DNA of 64,000 nucleotides from Lytechinus pictus (Eukaryota): NCBI RefSeq assembly GCF_037042905.1, contig NC_087252.1, positions 22,136,001 to 22,200,000 of the forward strand, read 5' to 3'. Shown piece by piece: positions 49,866 to 63,522 of this stretch (position 1 is its first letter; each line of letters starts with the position of its first letter). The notes under the pieces were generated by a model. It saw only the letters and a program-made list of their open reading frames with translations, ran no database searches and was not told where the DNA came from. The position numbers and the translations under genes were made by a program.

Positions 49866-52800
49866 TTTTATCGTGGCAACCTTACTCGGCAAGTAGCTCG
49901 GCAACTAACCGGGCACTCGAGTATTCTAAGAATCTTTCTTACTTGCTATTCCGCATGCAGGGCCCTGGGAATGACTGAGTTTTTTTTCAGGGGTACTGAT
50001 GTAAATTTGACAAACAAACTATAGGTAATTTTGTTTACATTTTTCACATCTACCATGCAGAGGGGGTGCTGCCTATGGAGAATAATACACGAAGCACCAT
50101 CTGGAAAACCTTGGGGGTACTTCCCCAGCTCCACCCCCGCTTCCCAGGGCCATGGGTATTCGTAAACCAGACTGGAGAGTAGAAAAACATACGTATCCAA
50201 ATGACGTGTTGCTTCAGTAGGATTTGAACCACGGACCCTGTGGTTCAAAGTTCACTTTGCAGTGTCATTTGTTAGGATTTCCAGTAAGTAATTGGAGAAA
50301 GATTTCTTTCTTGAGAGTTTTTTTTTCTTTCTTGAATTTACTCAGGTGTGGCATTGTCCGGGAAATTATTTATTACTGATTGTCAGTAAATCAGAATGGA
50401 ATAGAAACTTTTACTTTTTCTTTTTTTTTTTAACTTTTTGAAAACGTCTTTATCCTCTCTGTATTGCCCTGGGAAGGGGGCGGAGGGGAGGATGCGGGGT
50501 GCTTCAGCACCCCCAAAATTAAGTTCGTTAGAGGTGCTACGTGTATTATTCTCCATAGGCAGCACCCAGTGGTATTCTGAAAAAATGTGTAAAAAAGGAA
50601 AAATGTAACCAAAATGGCCTTCATTTTGCTTTTTGTAGTTAAGCCACTTTTTTGTTGGGGAGGGGGTTCAAATTTATCGGGAACAATTTGACGTTCATTT
50701 TGTAGTGAACCCCCCTTTTTTGTTGCTTCTCAAATTTACATCAGCACCCCCACTCAAAAAATTGTCCCCATGGCCCAGTCCCTGATCTGATGGGTATGAC
50801 AGCTTACCTGAGAAAATTAGAGTTAGGCATACCTCTGTCATTCTCCAACTGAAGTGTCATAAAAGGGGTAGAAAATGAAAATTCATTTTTTTCACCACCG
50901 ATTAAATTCAAGAGCAAATTCTCAGTTCTCAACAAGATCATCAACCTGTTGCAGAGCAAATTCATCAACCCATTAATTGCTGAAATAATCATTATTAACT
51001 TTGTCTTCGTTTTCAGTTTAGCTCAATTAAGTGACTTTGATTGCCTTTGGCATTTTAAGTTCATTTTTATCAGCACTTTGGACTAAAACCAAAAGTTCTG
51101 TAATGCCAGTGTCATAGGAAAGAAGAATTGCATGAGAACTATTTTTTTATTTATTTGGTTGGTTAATGTAAGAAATTACTCGTAAAGAACTGATATGTTT
51201 TAAGTAGACTATAATATTCTAGAATGTCTCAATTAAGTAATATAAGGTTTTATTTTTTGCAGCACTCCATTCAAAAGAGAGTTTTCGCATTATACCGAGA
51301 CACTCTCTACAATGCATCGATTCCTTTGAAAATTAAGGGCTTTTGTCGAAAGTTGGTGGACCAGGACAGCAGATCTTCCGAAGATTTGCACCGGACGAGC
51401 AATTGCAAATTGTTCAGAGTCAAGAGCTTCCGATGCTATCCCGGTCCACCAACTTTTGAAAAAAACCTCTCAGACAGCTCCCCAATGCCCCCCCCCCCCC
51501 ATCTGTACGCCAATCCTAACAGGGAAACGGAAGACTGGTACGTGACTGATTGTCAGAAAAGTGCAGTGGCCAGTGGGGGAGTGCAATTTAAAGTAATATC
51601 TTTTTTTTAAATAATGATTAGTGCTAATTTGTGTAGCGCAGAAATTATGTGCGCTCTTTTGCGCTGTAATTAAGAGCTCATGAATGGTTTGAAAGAGGGA
51701 AAAGGAAAGAAAACAAGTTGTGAATTAATGGAAAAGATAGGCTTTTATACCAATTTATTTTGTTTGACAGGAGTGGAAACGTAGTCATACACTCTTAATT
51801 GCAACGATTTTAATAAATATCGAGAAGGACAGTGAATATATATTGAGCAGCCGAATATTGGATTTATGTTGAATCCTAGGGATTAACCATTAAATCTCAA
51901 CAGATTAAGTTTTCAAATATTTGATCTTACCTTCGAACCTGTAAGGTTTCAATCGAAATAAAATGTTCAGCTATTTACTATTTCCGACCAATATTGAATT
52001 TTGTAAATCATTGACATTTGGGCCCCCATTCTGAACTCTGGTTGAACTTTAAAATAAATAGGCCTACCAGTTGTGGTAACGACCTTAATATGAGTTCGAA
52101 CAGAATCCAATAAAATTACCATCCAAATGCATAAAGAAAAATATGTGCCAATTGACTTTGGAAGAAAATGTGTAATTGCTGAGAAAAATTAGCAAAATAA
52201 GCAAAATAAATGTCGGGTATTTTTCGAAGCTATATTTCCCGCCCCCCACTCCGGGGTCGGAAGGACCGCATGCGTGTTCCCAAAATGTCCGGTAAAGGGG
52301 TACTTTTTCGCGGGACAAGTCCGACCCGCGAATTATAAAAAGGGGGGTGTATTTGTATTTTCACCCGGAGATTTCTTTAAAAGGGGGTGTTTTTTATCTC
52401 TCTCTTTGGACTCCTGAGAAATTTTTAAAGGGGTTTTTAAAATATCTTGAATAACATAGAAAACATCCTGTGATCAAATTCCTGAAATTCCTGCTAGTTT
52501 TGAAAGCTCATTCAGGATTATTTCATTTTGAAAAGTAAAGTACGGACCTTTTGTTGGAATGAGAGCTCACATGAGATAGTGGGTAAATTGAGCAGTGTTC
52601 CGGATTTCGGGGGGTCTCCAAGGCAGAAAAAGCTCGATAGGGGGGTGCTTTCAAAGGGAGGGAATAGGCGTACCCTAAATAACACTGAGGGAGGGGGGGG
52701 GGGGGGTGCTATATTCATACATTGTCCCACATATGTTTTTCTGTGTTAGTGAACTTCAGTATCATCGGTTTTGCGCTATGATTTCACAATGATAAGTTTA

Positions 52801-53295
52801 CATTAATGTACCAGATCTAGATATATGATATGGTGACAATTGAATTTGATTTAAAATACTTTCCCATGAAATAATTGTTTGCTGCAACTACTCTCTTTTA
52901 CCTATAAACTGTAGTCTTAAGGTGAGGTTGAACTATCGGTCGCTAAATGAAACATCAATTTGTATAATAGAAGATCAATTTATCATCAAAGTTGGCCTTT
53001 AAATCATTTTAAATGATGATTACAATATGTTTCTCCACAATTAATCTATGGGAAGCAACCTTGTAATTACAGTAATAGCGTTAAAGTTCCAATTTTTTGA
53101 CACTCGTATAGCTTCTCATAATTTTAGAACAGACCAGGGCTCCGTAACACAAAGATTAGCGATCACTCGCTAAATAAACTGACCAATCAATATCAATGTT
53201 ACACGCGCATTAGGTTTAAAATTCTGACCAAGGACCAATCAGTGCGATTCTTTCATATTTGCAATTCATCGCAAACCTTTGTGTTACGAGCTTAT

Positions 53296-53456
53296 ACCAT
53301 GGTCACATTTGTTCTACGGCGGCCGTACGGCGAGTCGAAAACAGCCGTTTTAACATTAATGTACTAGCTACATATAGATGGTTTGAATAAAAATGAACAA
53401 AACGGCTGTTTTCGACTCGCCGTACGGCCGCCGTAGAGCATTATGTGACCGAGGTA
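53296..53456. mobile_element. Palindromic MITE
   Basis: ggtcacat...ctacggcggccgtacggcgagtcgaaaacagccgtttt and its reverse complement. Confidence 0.75.
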
Positions 53457-55322
53457 TTCACCATGGTAAAAATTAAACCGGAGTTAAGAATACGGGCCTT
53501 AGAGCGTTTACAAGAAAAAATCGAAATGAAGCAATACTAGAAGCAAGTAGGGTTTACCATTCCTCTGTCTCTTTTTCACAAGTGCATACGGGGCTCATAA
53601 CGAAGCCAGAAATAATTTTAAGGGGGAATCCAACCCAAATAAAAACTTGTTTTTTTAGGGGGAAAATCAGACAAGTTGATAGGTGAAAGTTTGAACAATA
53701 TCGGACAAACAATAAGAAAGATGTGAATTTTTAAAATATGTAAATATTGGTAATCACTATACCCGTGGAGACTTCAAATTGGCCAAAATGTGATGTCATA
53801 GTGATGTAAAACAAAGACTGCTCTTTCTTTTGCTTCAGGTTCCACTTTTAAAATCAAAGTAGACATACTGATATGAATGAAATTTTGTTTGTACAATTTT
53901 TGTTTGTGAAACATATACTTTTTCTTTCCTTTCTGTATTTGTGTTACAGGCATATTCTGTATCAAGCTTTTGCTTTCAGGGAACTGAGCCTTCTTTTGTA
54001 TTTTTATAACAAGTGATTTTGTATATAAATTCACATTGAAAATTACATTTTGTGGAAAACTAGAACAAAGTAAATGATTAATTTAATTAAATTGAAATGT
54101 AATTATTTGGTTTTTCTTTAATGTTTGAAATAAATAATAATGACTTTGTATAGAAATGTGAAAATTATGGTATATTATATTTATTATTATATTTGGTTTG
54201 ATTTTCATGTTTTGAGAAAAGGAGGAAGAATTCATGATACACACAAAGAATGAAATAAGACACTTGATTAACATTTAAAAAAATAGTCCATTTAATCGTC
54301 AAGATACACCTCTTTCATTCTCAAAAAGTTACAATAATGCTCTGAGTAACTGAGTATACAAATAATATGGATGAACGTAATGTCCCAGTCCCCCTAAAAC
54401 CAACAGGCAGGACTTTTCGCATTTACTACGGGGAAAGGTAGGCTACAGCGCACTGATCCACTTGAAAAGAATCACAATGAAAAGCATGAAAAAAAAATGA
54501 TGATATGATAGCAAGTCTTGCTGCAATGCCAGTTACCATGACAACAGTGAAAATTCTGCTTCTTGATTGGCTCTTCCAATAATAGTTGACATTTCATCCA
54601 GAGACGCTATCATAGCAATTTTTTCATGAAATGGGACCAAGATATTCAAAACCCGTTTTTTCTGATTTTTTTTTAAGCTCTCGTTGATTTTTTTTTTAAT
54701 TCAAGCAAGCACCTGTTAAGGTTCATGTTGATCAATTTTGACAGGTGTCATCCTTTTATCATTTTAATGTTTAGGATGTGCTTTTTCAAGCTCAATTGAA
54801 ATCTCAAATTTCTTTTTGAACGACTCATCGTCCGCTTTGATGTGGCTGGTAACATATACACGTTGGTATAACGAGAAAGATAACAGTAATATTGGTTATA
54901 TGATACTGAATATAATCATTAATAACAATAACAACAATATTGATACTAATGACAAAAGAACGCAAAGTTATGAAAATCATTAGACCAATGGTAATAATAA
55001 CGTCAGCAACAACAACAGTAATAATAATAACAAAATGATAATAATAATGACTAGAGCAATTGCAATAATAATGATTACAATTGCAAAGAATATGATTATG
55101 ATAGCAATAGTTATGATAGTGATATTATAGATTTCGTGACTTTCTGCTGTAGTTCATTTGATTGCCAATAAGTGTAACCAATTAACACATGTATTTATGA
55201 CACACTGGGTGTATCAAAGAGGGAGAGAGAGAGAGAGAGAGGGGGGGGGGGAGAAAGAGAGGGGGTGGGGAGAGAGGGGGATGTTTAGGCCTATATATTA
55301 CTTGGAAAGTAAAAAAAGCCTA

Positions 55323-55601
55323 CACTGTTAAAAAAACCCTGATTTTACAGAAAAAAGAGATGATTTTGCAGAAAGCAATAACAGAATCATTCTGTAAATT
55401 CATAAAACAGGAATTTTCTGCAACGTAACAGAGCAGGTCTGTTTAAAAATGGGAAAAGGGTGTTTTATTTAAGGAAGTTTGTAAGGTTCCATACACCAAA
55501 TACCAATTTCTTGTAAGATTACGCAATCTGGTAAGATTACAGGTGTTCTCGAGACTGCTGCAGGAACTTCTTTTATTTTAACGATAAATATTCTAACAGT
55601 G
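55323..55601. mobile_element. CACTA-type (CACTG) MITE
   Basis: CACTGTTA / TAACAGTG with 2-bp TSD TA; absent at the matching site in duplication copy 1 (about 12346). Confidence 0.83.
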
Positions 55602-55917
55602 TATGGCATATGAAGAACGACGTCTTTGATTCTATGCCAGGAAGATTTAAGGGGACGTCCCCCAACCATTTTTTTTATTTAACCCATTGGCCACTGGAAC
55701 CCGGTGATCCCTGTACAAACAGTATGGAACTAACAAATTTCAGTAGTCAACGGGTTGAATAAAGAGAACAAAAACAAAAATCAAACAAGCATTACACTGA
55801 TCATTTCATAATCATTATATACTTTCAATTTGTATGTATTATCACGATTGACACAGTAATTTGTTATATTTGACTATGTATCGTTACTTCGATTGTAATT
55901 GTGACCTGTAGACAAGG

Positions 55918-56010
55918 CTACTCCAGAACGCAGCTGAGAAATTGACAAGATTCAACAGGACCAAATAAGGATCCTATGGTCTCGATGATCTGACGAAGGT
56001 CCTTAATACA
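55918..56010 (-). CDS. Paralog 2 of saposin precursor, exon 9
   Basis: CIKDLRQIIETIGSLFGPVESCQFLSCVLE*; intact acceptor and stop. Confidence 0.8.
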   Translation of the reverse strand, partial: CIKDLRQIIETIGSLFGPVESCQFLSCVLE

Positions 56011-56758
56011 CTGAGATGAGAAATAAGAAGAAAAAACTTGATAAAATCACAGGAATTACAGGAGAATCAAATTTAACATTCTAAAAGCAAACCACTATTT
56101 TTTGTAACAATAAAGACACTTGCATTCATATTTCCCACATCTTAACCATGTTAACTGTTTTAGGGCAGGCCCTACTGAATAGAACACAGTGTCCCACAAT
56201 GTGTGCCACAGCGTGTGGAACCCAAATGTAAAATCACTTTCACACTGTTAAATTTGAGCATTTCAACAGTGTGAATCACATTTATTCTCATAGTCGACCA
56301 TGTGAACACGCTGTGAACAGTCATACTGTAGAGGTGTCCACAGTGTGAACATAACAACACACTGTTGAATTTGAGCATTTTAACAGTGTGAATGGTATTT
56401 TAACATAGCCCACACTGGGACCACACACTCCGACACTGCGTTCTTTTGAGCAGGGTACAGCCGCGCTGGAAAGAACACACAGTGTCTCCCATCATGTGCC
56501 ACAGTGTGTTCACAGTGTGGAACATAGTGTGTTTACAGTGTGGAACGTAGTATGAAATCACCCTCACCGTCATTGATAAATATATGTTTGATTCACATTT
56601 TTGCATGATCCACTTTGCGAACACACAAACACACCCCGACCCACACACACTCTAAACGTGTCTGCAATGTGAAATCATATATGCACACTATTCAATTCCT
56701 CCATGTTACCTACTGTGTGAACAACGCGTTGTATGCCTTTATATACCTGGCGATTAAC

Positions 56759-56806
<48 letters not shown>

Positions 56807-57582
56807 GCATCCTTTTTTCGCTCAAAATGATGAAGGCAATTTCAGTCAATTTACTACATTTTAGCACATGCCTACTTGTCTGATTTCCAGGGGTATTACC
56901 CGTGGTGTATTACATTTACATACGCAGCACCCCAAGATTTCCAAAATAAGATAGCTCCCCGGGGGTGGGGGATGGGGCAAATTGAATTATAGCATACTTT
57001 TGGGGCCACACCAAAGTCGAAAATAGGTGGCTCTGGAACTAAATATTGGTCTTTAAAATGAAGGTCTCCAGAATGGACCTTGAATCAATAATTGCGAAAA
57101 TTGCATTGTTTTGGAACTGACCAAATAAAAAAAAAATGGGTCTAGCTCTGGAACCCCTATGACTCCTGGTCAATAGAGCTCGCCGTCCTGAGTGGTTCAT
57201 GATGGAATGAGAAACCACAAATTTGAGGGTAACTGGAACGGGGGAAAATGGGAATTTCTATGACTTTCTAAATTGGTGATGCTCTGGGATGGAAATTTAG
57301 GCTGAAAAAGGGGGTCTCAACCGCGACATATTATGTATCATACATTTATGCTATGTAGCCCCCGACCTAGCTTCCCAGGGACATGGTCTGTCGACTTTAC
57401 CAGGCCCCGTTCCATAAAAGTTACTATTATGGCAGCTTGGCCATCCAATGGTAACCACCATGGTAACGATGCTCAGCGGCCAATCAAAATCAGTTACCAT
57501 CGGTTGGCAAAGTTACCATAATGGTATCGAAATAGGATTTACAAGTGAAAAGCGAATGAAATGAAACCGTCAATTAGCCTAC

Positions 57583-57654
57583 CTTTCGCTGGTCCCTCTT
57601 TGATGGAAGTGCTCGACACAGGATCATCCCTTCAGACCGACCCTCCCCATCAGA
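57583..57654 (-). CDS. Paralog 2 of saposin precursor, exon 8
   Basis: SDGEGRSEGMILCRALPSKRDQRK; intact AG/GT. Confidence 0.8.
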
Positions 57655-58114
57655 CTGTGTTTTAAGATGCCAAAATGGAAGAGAAAAACATCACCAAAAA
57701 TAAGCTTTCATTGATATAGCACGAGAAAATTAAACTAAAGAACAAAGCACAAAAGTTAGCAAGGCGCGGTGTAAAATTAAAAACTGAAAGAAATAATGGT
57801 TATGTAGGATATCATTTTTGAGACAAGCGACAATTGCACTTCCGACAAATGCTCCTCCTGCAGCAGCCTGTTGCATTAAACTTTTTACCTGAGAAAACTC
57901 CGGTAAAAACTAACAACTAAGGTTAGTCTAATTTCTGCCATTGACTTTTATGTTAAGTTTTATGCAACAGGCCCCTGTAGTAGTAGTCTCTCTAAAGATG
58001 TAATGTTGTGATAAGAGGCTTGAGGCAAGGTTTAACGCTCGACATTCAGTAGGAGCAATTGTCGCGGAGCAAATATGAAACAAATTTTTGATCAACACAT
58101 TTGTCGTGACCTAC

Positions 58115-58171
58115 CTCATTGGTATTGGCGGGATCGAGAGATTTTCGGAGTTTGCACACATCACACATCAA
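58115..58171 (-). CDS. Paralog 2 of saposin precursor, exon 7
   Basis: LMCDVCKLRKSLDPANTNE; intact AG/GT. Confidence 0.8.
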
Positions 58172-58738
58172 CTGCAAAGGAAAGGAAACAAAACTGTCAA
58201 GAATTTTATCATACTGGCCTACATAATCTGACGCATTTTTTATGTTAAAAGTTGATGTAGAGGCCTATTGTATTTTTCTCCCTAAAGATGAAGAGAGAGT
58301 GAGACAGGCAGACATAGTGGGATAAAGGCAGAAAAATAAATTAGAAAGAGAAGTGACAGATCGATAAAGAGAGATGGAGACAGTCAGAGAGACAGAGCAA
58401 AAGAGAGAGAGAGACAGACACAGAGAGAGAGACAGACAGATTGAGACAGAACAAGAAAGAGCTGGAAAGAGAGACGGGGAGAGAGGGGGAGAGAGAGTGC
58501 AAAGAGAGGGGGAGATATTGTAGTCTGTATATATGTACCACGTATTTTTTTACATGATTTCATATTCTCTTATGCAGTTATGTTGAACTTGATACTAATG
58601 AAATTAATTATTTTCACTTGTATTCAAAATATTGTATAGACTATTCAGATGACGTTCAGTTGATGTTTTTTGAAACAATAATAATAATTGATCTCAAGAG
58701 GATGAAAAAAAAATAATTTAGAGCAGCAAAGTACTTAC

Positions 58739-58851
58739 TTTCATTTCAGCTGCGGTCATGTTAGCATCCAGTCGTTCAGACAGATCATGGACAGCATTGG
58801 GCGTGTTATCCAGGTTCCTGAACTGATCGTACTCTTCCTCTTCATTGATCT
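58739..58851 (-). CDS. Paralog 2 of saposin precursor, exon 6
   Basis: (E)INEEEEYDQFRNLDNTPNAVHDLSERLDANMTAAEMK with intact splice sites; exons 1-5 presumably lie beyond the window. Confidence 0.8.
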
Positions 58852-60516
58852 CTGTGTAAATACGATATATTATATTTGATATGGAAGTAATAATAATAAT
58901 GATGATAATAATGATGATAATAATATTAATAATAATAGCTGGATTTATGAAGCGCTTTTTGCCTGAGGATACAAATCGCTGCTATTATTATTACGCCGGC
59001 TTTAGCTCGAGCTACCATCACTGGCGCTGGTACATGCAAGGAATTAATCCTGCCGGGTACCCATTGACCTCACTTGGGTCGAGTGCAGCACATAGTGTGG
59101 ATAAATTTCTTGCAGAAAGAAAACACGCCTTGGATAGGATTCGAACCAACGACCCTCTGTTTGAAAGGCGAAAGTCGGAACCACATAGGTAGACGTCAAA
59201 CAAACACGTGGCGGTTCAAAAGCTGAAATAGATGGAACCTAACATGTACATGTATAACAGAAATCAAAGTAGATCCTAAATGAAGTAGGCCAAAAGTGCA
59301 GAGTCAGATTAACCGATTCTGTATGTCGATCCCCATGCGATAATCATTTAAAAATGGAAAGAGATAAATAACCGCACCTCCTTCCCGGTGCTATGGCTTT
59401 TCGTAGTTGATCGCGAAAAAAAATTGAACCATTCAAAATTTATCTACGATCATCATGATTGCCACGACAGAACCTGATACGCTTTTGATACGACTGCTTT
59501 GATTGTTCCACCATCAATCGAGACAGTGGGAACTATACATTAGGTATTACGAGCAATACGATTACCATGACTGAGTCGAAAGGATCTGATAGCATCACTC
59601 GATAGGATCACTCTCGACCCAGGTGTAGTAAATGGGTACCCGGTAGGAAGGAATTCCTTGAATGCTCGATGCGCCCGATCAGGGTAGCCGTGCTATAAAG
59701 CCGGGGTAATAGTATTTTATTTATTTATTTATTAGAAAATATTTATTCAGGATAAAAAGATCAGCTAAATTGCTGTTTTACATCAATGTCCTGATTTAAC
59801 AGGGATAAAAAACATATAAAGTTACAATAATATCATGATGCAAAATACATATAAATATTTAAACTTAGCTACTAAAATATGATAAAAAAATACTGTAAAT
59901 AATTATGTTAAGACATTGAAAAACTGAGATTACATAGCTACTGAAATATGATAACAAAATACTGTAAATAATTATATTATGACATTAAAAAATGGAATTC
60001 AGTTCGAACTAGTTAAGTAATCACGGCAAGATAATCTGATAACACCACCCAACCTTTCACAATGATGCTTCATATGATAAGTATTAGAGGAGAATGAAAC
60101 CCTTAGAACAAAAATAGCCCGTGTGAAATCAGAAAAATCAAAGAAACAGACCAACGAAAGCCCGAGAAAAATCAGACAAACAATGAGAAGGCCACGAGCA
60201 CCCGAACAATGCGATCACCAACGCTACGGAGACCCCCACACCGGCGACGCAACAAAGATGTGCGATGCCACCTGCGAACAACTCTCCCCTGGGCCGGCAT
60301 CTCACAGTCCATTAAAGGGAAAGCTGTTAACATGCGACACCACACACCCCCGTCGCACCGCCAATGGGAGGATCCCCACAGCATCAGTGATCGCAACATT
60401 CAAACGCCCACAACCCTCCCACCGCCCGTCCGACCCCTCCCAAACCCTCGCCGATCTGCCTCCTCGACCCCTCCGCCTCGACACCAGCCTACCTATTCCA
60501 AAGATTTCACTCCCCT

Positions 60517-63291
60517 TTAACATTGGAAGAGCTTTTTATACATTCTCTTAAAGGAGTTAATTGAAGGTAGATTTTGAAGAAAATGTGGTAAATTATTCCA
60601 GATTTTTGATCCTGAAAATAAAAAAGACCTCTTAAAACATTCCAAATTCGGTTTGGGTGGTATAACATTGAGTGTATCACAATTTCTAGTTCTTATGTCA
60701 TGCCTATCAACTACCAACTCAATATTATTACATAATCTGATAGGAGCCATTCCATGTATAAACTTAAACATAATATTGGCTAAAAAATAATCACGTCTTT
60801 GCTCAATAGTAGGCCATTTGAGTTCCTTCATGAGATCTTCACCACGGCTGTTAACATAATCAAAATTACCTGTAACGTAGCGTGCTGCTCTTTTTTGTAA
60901 TCGTGTTAAGTGATCTAGTTCCCTTTTACCAATATAATTTCCCCAAACAGAAATGGCATAATCTAAAGTTGGCAAAACATTTGTCATATAAAGAGTGTTA
61001 AGGAGGGATTTATTCAAAAATTGTCTCAGTTTACCGAGTGAAAATATCTTGTAGGCTAATGTTTTGGATATATGATTAACGTGCGAACTCCAATTCAAAT
61101 TTTCATCAATTTCAACACCGAGGTATCTAATAGATTTCACCTGTTCCACCAAATTATTATCAATAAAGATATTAATCTTATCGCATGAATATGACCTATT
61201 TCTCAACAGCATTACCTTTGTCTTACTGACGTTTATACTTAAGTGGTTTTTATCATACCATTTTTTAACATTGTCGATATTCTTTTGCATTTTTGAAGTA
61301 ACTTCATTGACATCGGAACCATAATCATAAATTACCACGTCATCAGCAAAAATATTACATTCACCACTGTTGAGACAAGTAGAAATATCATTAATTATTA
61401 AGAGAAAAAGAGCCGGGCCAAGCCCACTCCCTTGCGGAATTCCGATATCTACATCTTTATATGATGACATTTCACCATGGCAACAGACCATTTGCTTTCT
61501 GTTACTTAAATAACATTCAAACCATTTCAATGAAGTACGAGTAATGCCGTATTTTTCTAATTTGAATAGTAATAGCTTGTGATCGATTGAATCGAAGCAT
61601 TTAGAAATGTCAAGGAAGCATGCCCCGACAACTTCACGTTCATTGAATGCCCCATACCAATCGTCAATAACTCTATGTAAGGAGGTGACAGTTGAGTGGT
61701 TAGGAATGAAAGCAAACTGATCAATATTGATAAGATCAAACTTTTGTAAATAAGCGAGAAGTTGTTTTTGAACAGTTTTTTCAATTAATTTGGAAATATG
61801 ACAAACGACTGAAATTGGTCTATAGTTTGACTTATCTGATTTTGATCCTTTACCCTTATATATAGGTGTTGTTCTTGACTTTTTCCAGTCGTCCGGGATT
61901 ATACCTGACAATAAACTTAAATTGAAAATTTGACTTAGTGAATTATAAATAAGAGGTGCAGCTAAACGTAGAAGTTTAGAATCAAAATTCATAACATCTA
62001 GGTTACTTGTGGATGACAGATTCAAGAGCAGTTTTAACACTTCATCAGGTTTAGCATGCTCAAAATCAAATTCATATATGCACTGTGGTTGGTTCCAGTT
62101 AATATCCTTTTCTTTGTAATTAAAATTTTTGCCTACATTAATAAAATAATCATTCATTGTGTTACAGTCTAATTCAGCTGGAACATCATTTTTGTTTTTT
62201 GTATTTCCAGTCATCAAAGTAAGTTCATTCCATAATTTCTTTGGATCATGTTTATATTTAGTGGAAATCTCGGAAAAGTATTGACGTTTAGATTTTCTTA
62301 TTAATTTAGTAATTTGATTTCTTACAATACGATATTCTTTAACATGATGAAGATTATCTACCGCTTTGGATTTACAATATTTTCTTTTCAAGAAATCACG
62401 CCGGTACATAAGATCAATAATTTCACCAGTTATCCACGGAGAGTAACGTTCTTTAACTCTGATAACTTTAAGGGGAGCATGTTTATGACATATATCAAGG
62501 AAAATATTTTTCCAACTCTTCCATACGGTATTTATGTCATCGTTGCACGAAAAATTATCATTGCATATTGAACTTTTGGATAAATCATCAAGAAATAACT
62601 TTTGGTCAAATTTTTTATAATTCCTGAAACGCACTGTTTTATGGCTAGTAGACTCATTTCTAAAATTAAGACATGTATAAGTCAAGTAGTGGTCGCTGAG
62701 AGAAATCGGTGCAACATTTGTTATTAAATGATCATTAGGATTAGTTGAAAAAATATGGTCAATACATTTGGATGTTGTCAGAGTTACCCTTGTGGGTTTA
62801 TTTACCAGTTGAGTTAGAAGAAAAAGGTTCTCCATGTCATCAATATTTTTTTTCCCACTACATTTGGTATCAAAATAATCAATATTAATATCACCAAGTA
62901 TACACAATTTCTTATTGTCAATCGATGCCAATTCTAAGACATTGAATAAATGATCAAAGAATTCGGACTGAGAATTTGGAGGTCTATATAAGCAGCTTAT
63001 AATCAAACTTTCGTGTTTTAATTTTAATTCTATCCATAATGCTTCTAGGGAATCATGCTCTAAATCATGCCGTCGACAAAAAGATAAAGTACTACGAATA
63101 TACATACATACTCCACCTCCACGTTTACTACTTCTATCTAATCTTAATAAACTGTAATTATCGATATTAATCATATCATCTTTTATTGCATTGCTCAACC
63201 ACGTTTCGGATATACATAAGATATCAAGTTCTAGTTTTTTTAATAGAAAGCTAATTTCATCAAGTTTACCAAAAATACTTCGAACATTCAT
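60517..63291 (-). CDS. LINE ORF2: AP endonuclease + reverse transcriptase (924 aa from first Met)
   Basis: APE motifs NVRS, ISETWL, GGGVCMY, LYRPP, GDINID, IDHIF, SDH; RT motifs YRPISV, FLDISKCFDSIDH, GIPQGSGLGP, FADD, YLGVEID. No internal stops. Confidence 0.95.
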   Translation of the reverse strand: MNVRSIFGKLDEISFLLKKLELDILCISETWLSNAIKDDMINIDNYSLLRLDRSSKRGGGVCMYIRSTLSFCRRHDLEHDSLEALWIELKLKHESLIISCLYRPPNSQSEFFDHLFNVLELASIDNKKLCILGDINIDYFDTKCSGKKNIDDMENLFLLTQLVNKPTRVTLTTSKCIDHIFSTNPNDHLITNVAPISLSDHYLTYTCLNFRNESTSHKTVRFRNYKKFDQKLFLDDLSKSSICNDNFSCNDDINTVWKSWKNIFLDICHKHAPLKVIRVKERYSPWITGEIIDLMYRRDFLKRKYCKSKAVDNLHHVKEYRIVRNQITKLIRKSKRQYFSEISTKYKHDPKKLWNELTLMTGNTKNKNDVPAELDCNTMNDYFINVGKNFNYKEKDINWNQPQCIYEFDFEHAKPDEVLKLLLNLSSTSNLDVMNFDSKLLRLAAPLIYNSLSQIFNLSLLSGIIPDDWKKSRTTPIYKGKGSKSDKSNYRPISVVCHISKLIEKTVQKQLLAYLQKFDLINIDQFAFIPNHSTVTSLHRVIDDWYGAFNEREVVGACFLDISKCFDSIDHKLLLFKLEKYGITRTSLKWFECYLSNRKQMVCCHGEMSSYKDVDIGIPQGSGLGPALFLLIINDISTCLNSGECNIFADDVVIYDYGSDVNEVTSKMQKNIDNVKKWYDKNHLSINVSKTKVMLLRNRSYSCDKINIFIDNNLVEQVKSIRYLGVEIDENLNWSSHVNHISKTLAYKIFSLGKLRQFLNKSLLNTLYMTNVLPTLDYAISVWGNYIGKRELDHLTRLQKRAARYVTGNFDYVNSRGEDLMKELKWPTIEQRRDYFLANIMFKFIHGMAPIRLCNNIELVVDRHDIRTRNCDTLNVIPPKPNLECFKRSFLFSGSKIWNNLPHFLQNLPSINSFKRMYKKLFQC

Positions 63292-63522
63292 ATGGGCAAT
63301 TTTAAGACTATTATATTTCCGAAGAATATCAGCATGAATTTCATAAGCACAGTTATTTGATTGATAACTATCAGTTGAAAAACTATCATCATGACGTGAA
63401 ACAGAGTTAATTTCAGTTGTTGGAGACGTATAATTACATTGGTTAATTGAAGAGTCATGCGGAGCAAGATATGGGTTACAGTGAGAAGAGTTGAATTCGG
63501 CTCTCTCATCTTGGCCGAAGAC

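Larger units (their letters stand above)
51490..59715. repeat. Segmental duplication, copy 2
   Basis: See copy 1. It differs by private insertions and deletions. Confidence 0.88.

Noticed and set aside
56160..56560. Multiple CACAGTG heptamers suggesting RSS sites
   Set aside because: Part of a cacagtgtg-rich degenerate repeat, with no spaced nonamers, paired TIRs or TSD that I could find.
60123..60551. Overlapping Pro/Arg-rich ORFs
   Set aside because: GC-rich LINE 3'UTR with few stops, and no recognisable domain.
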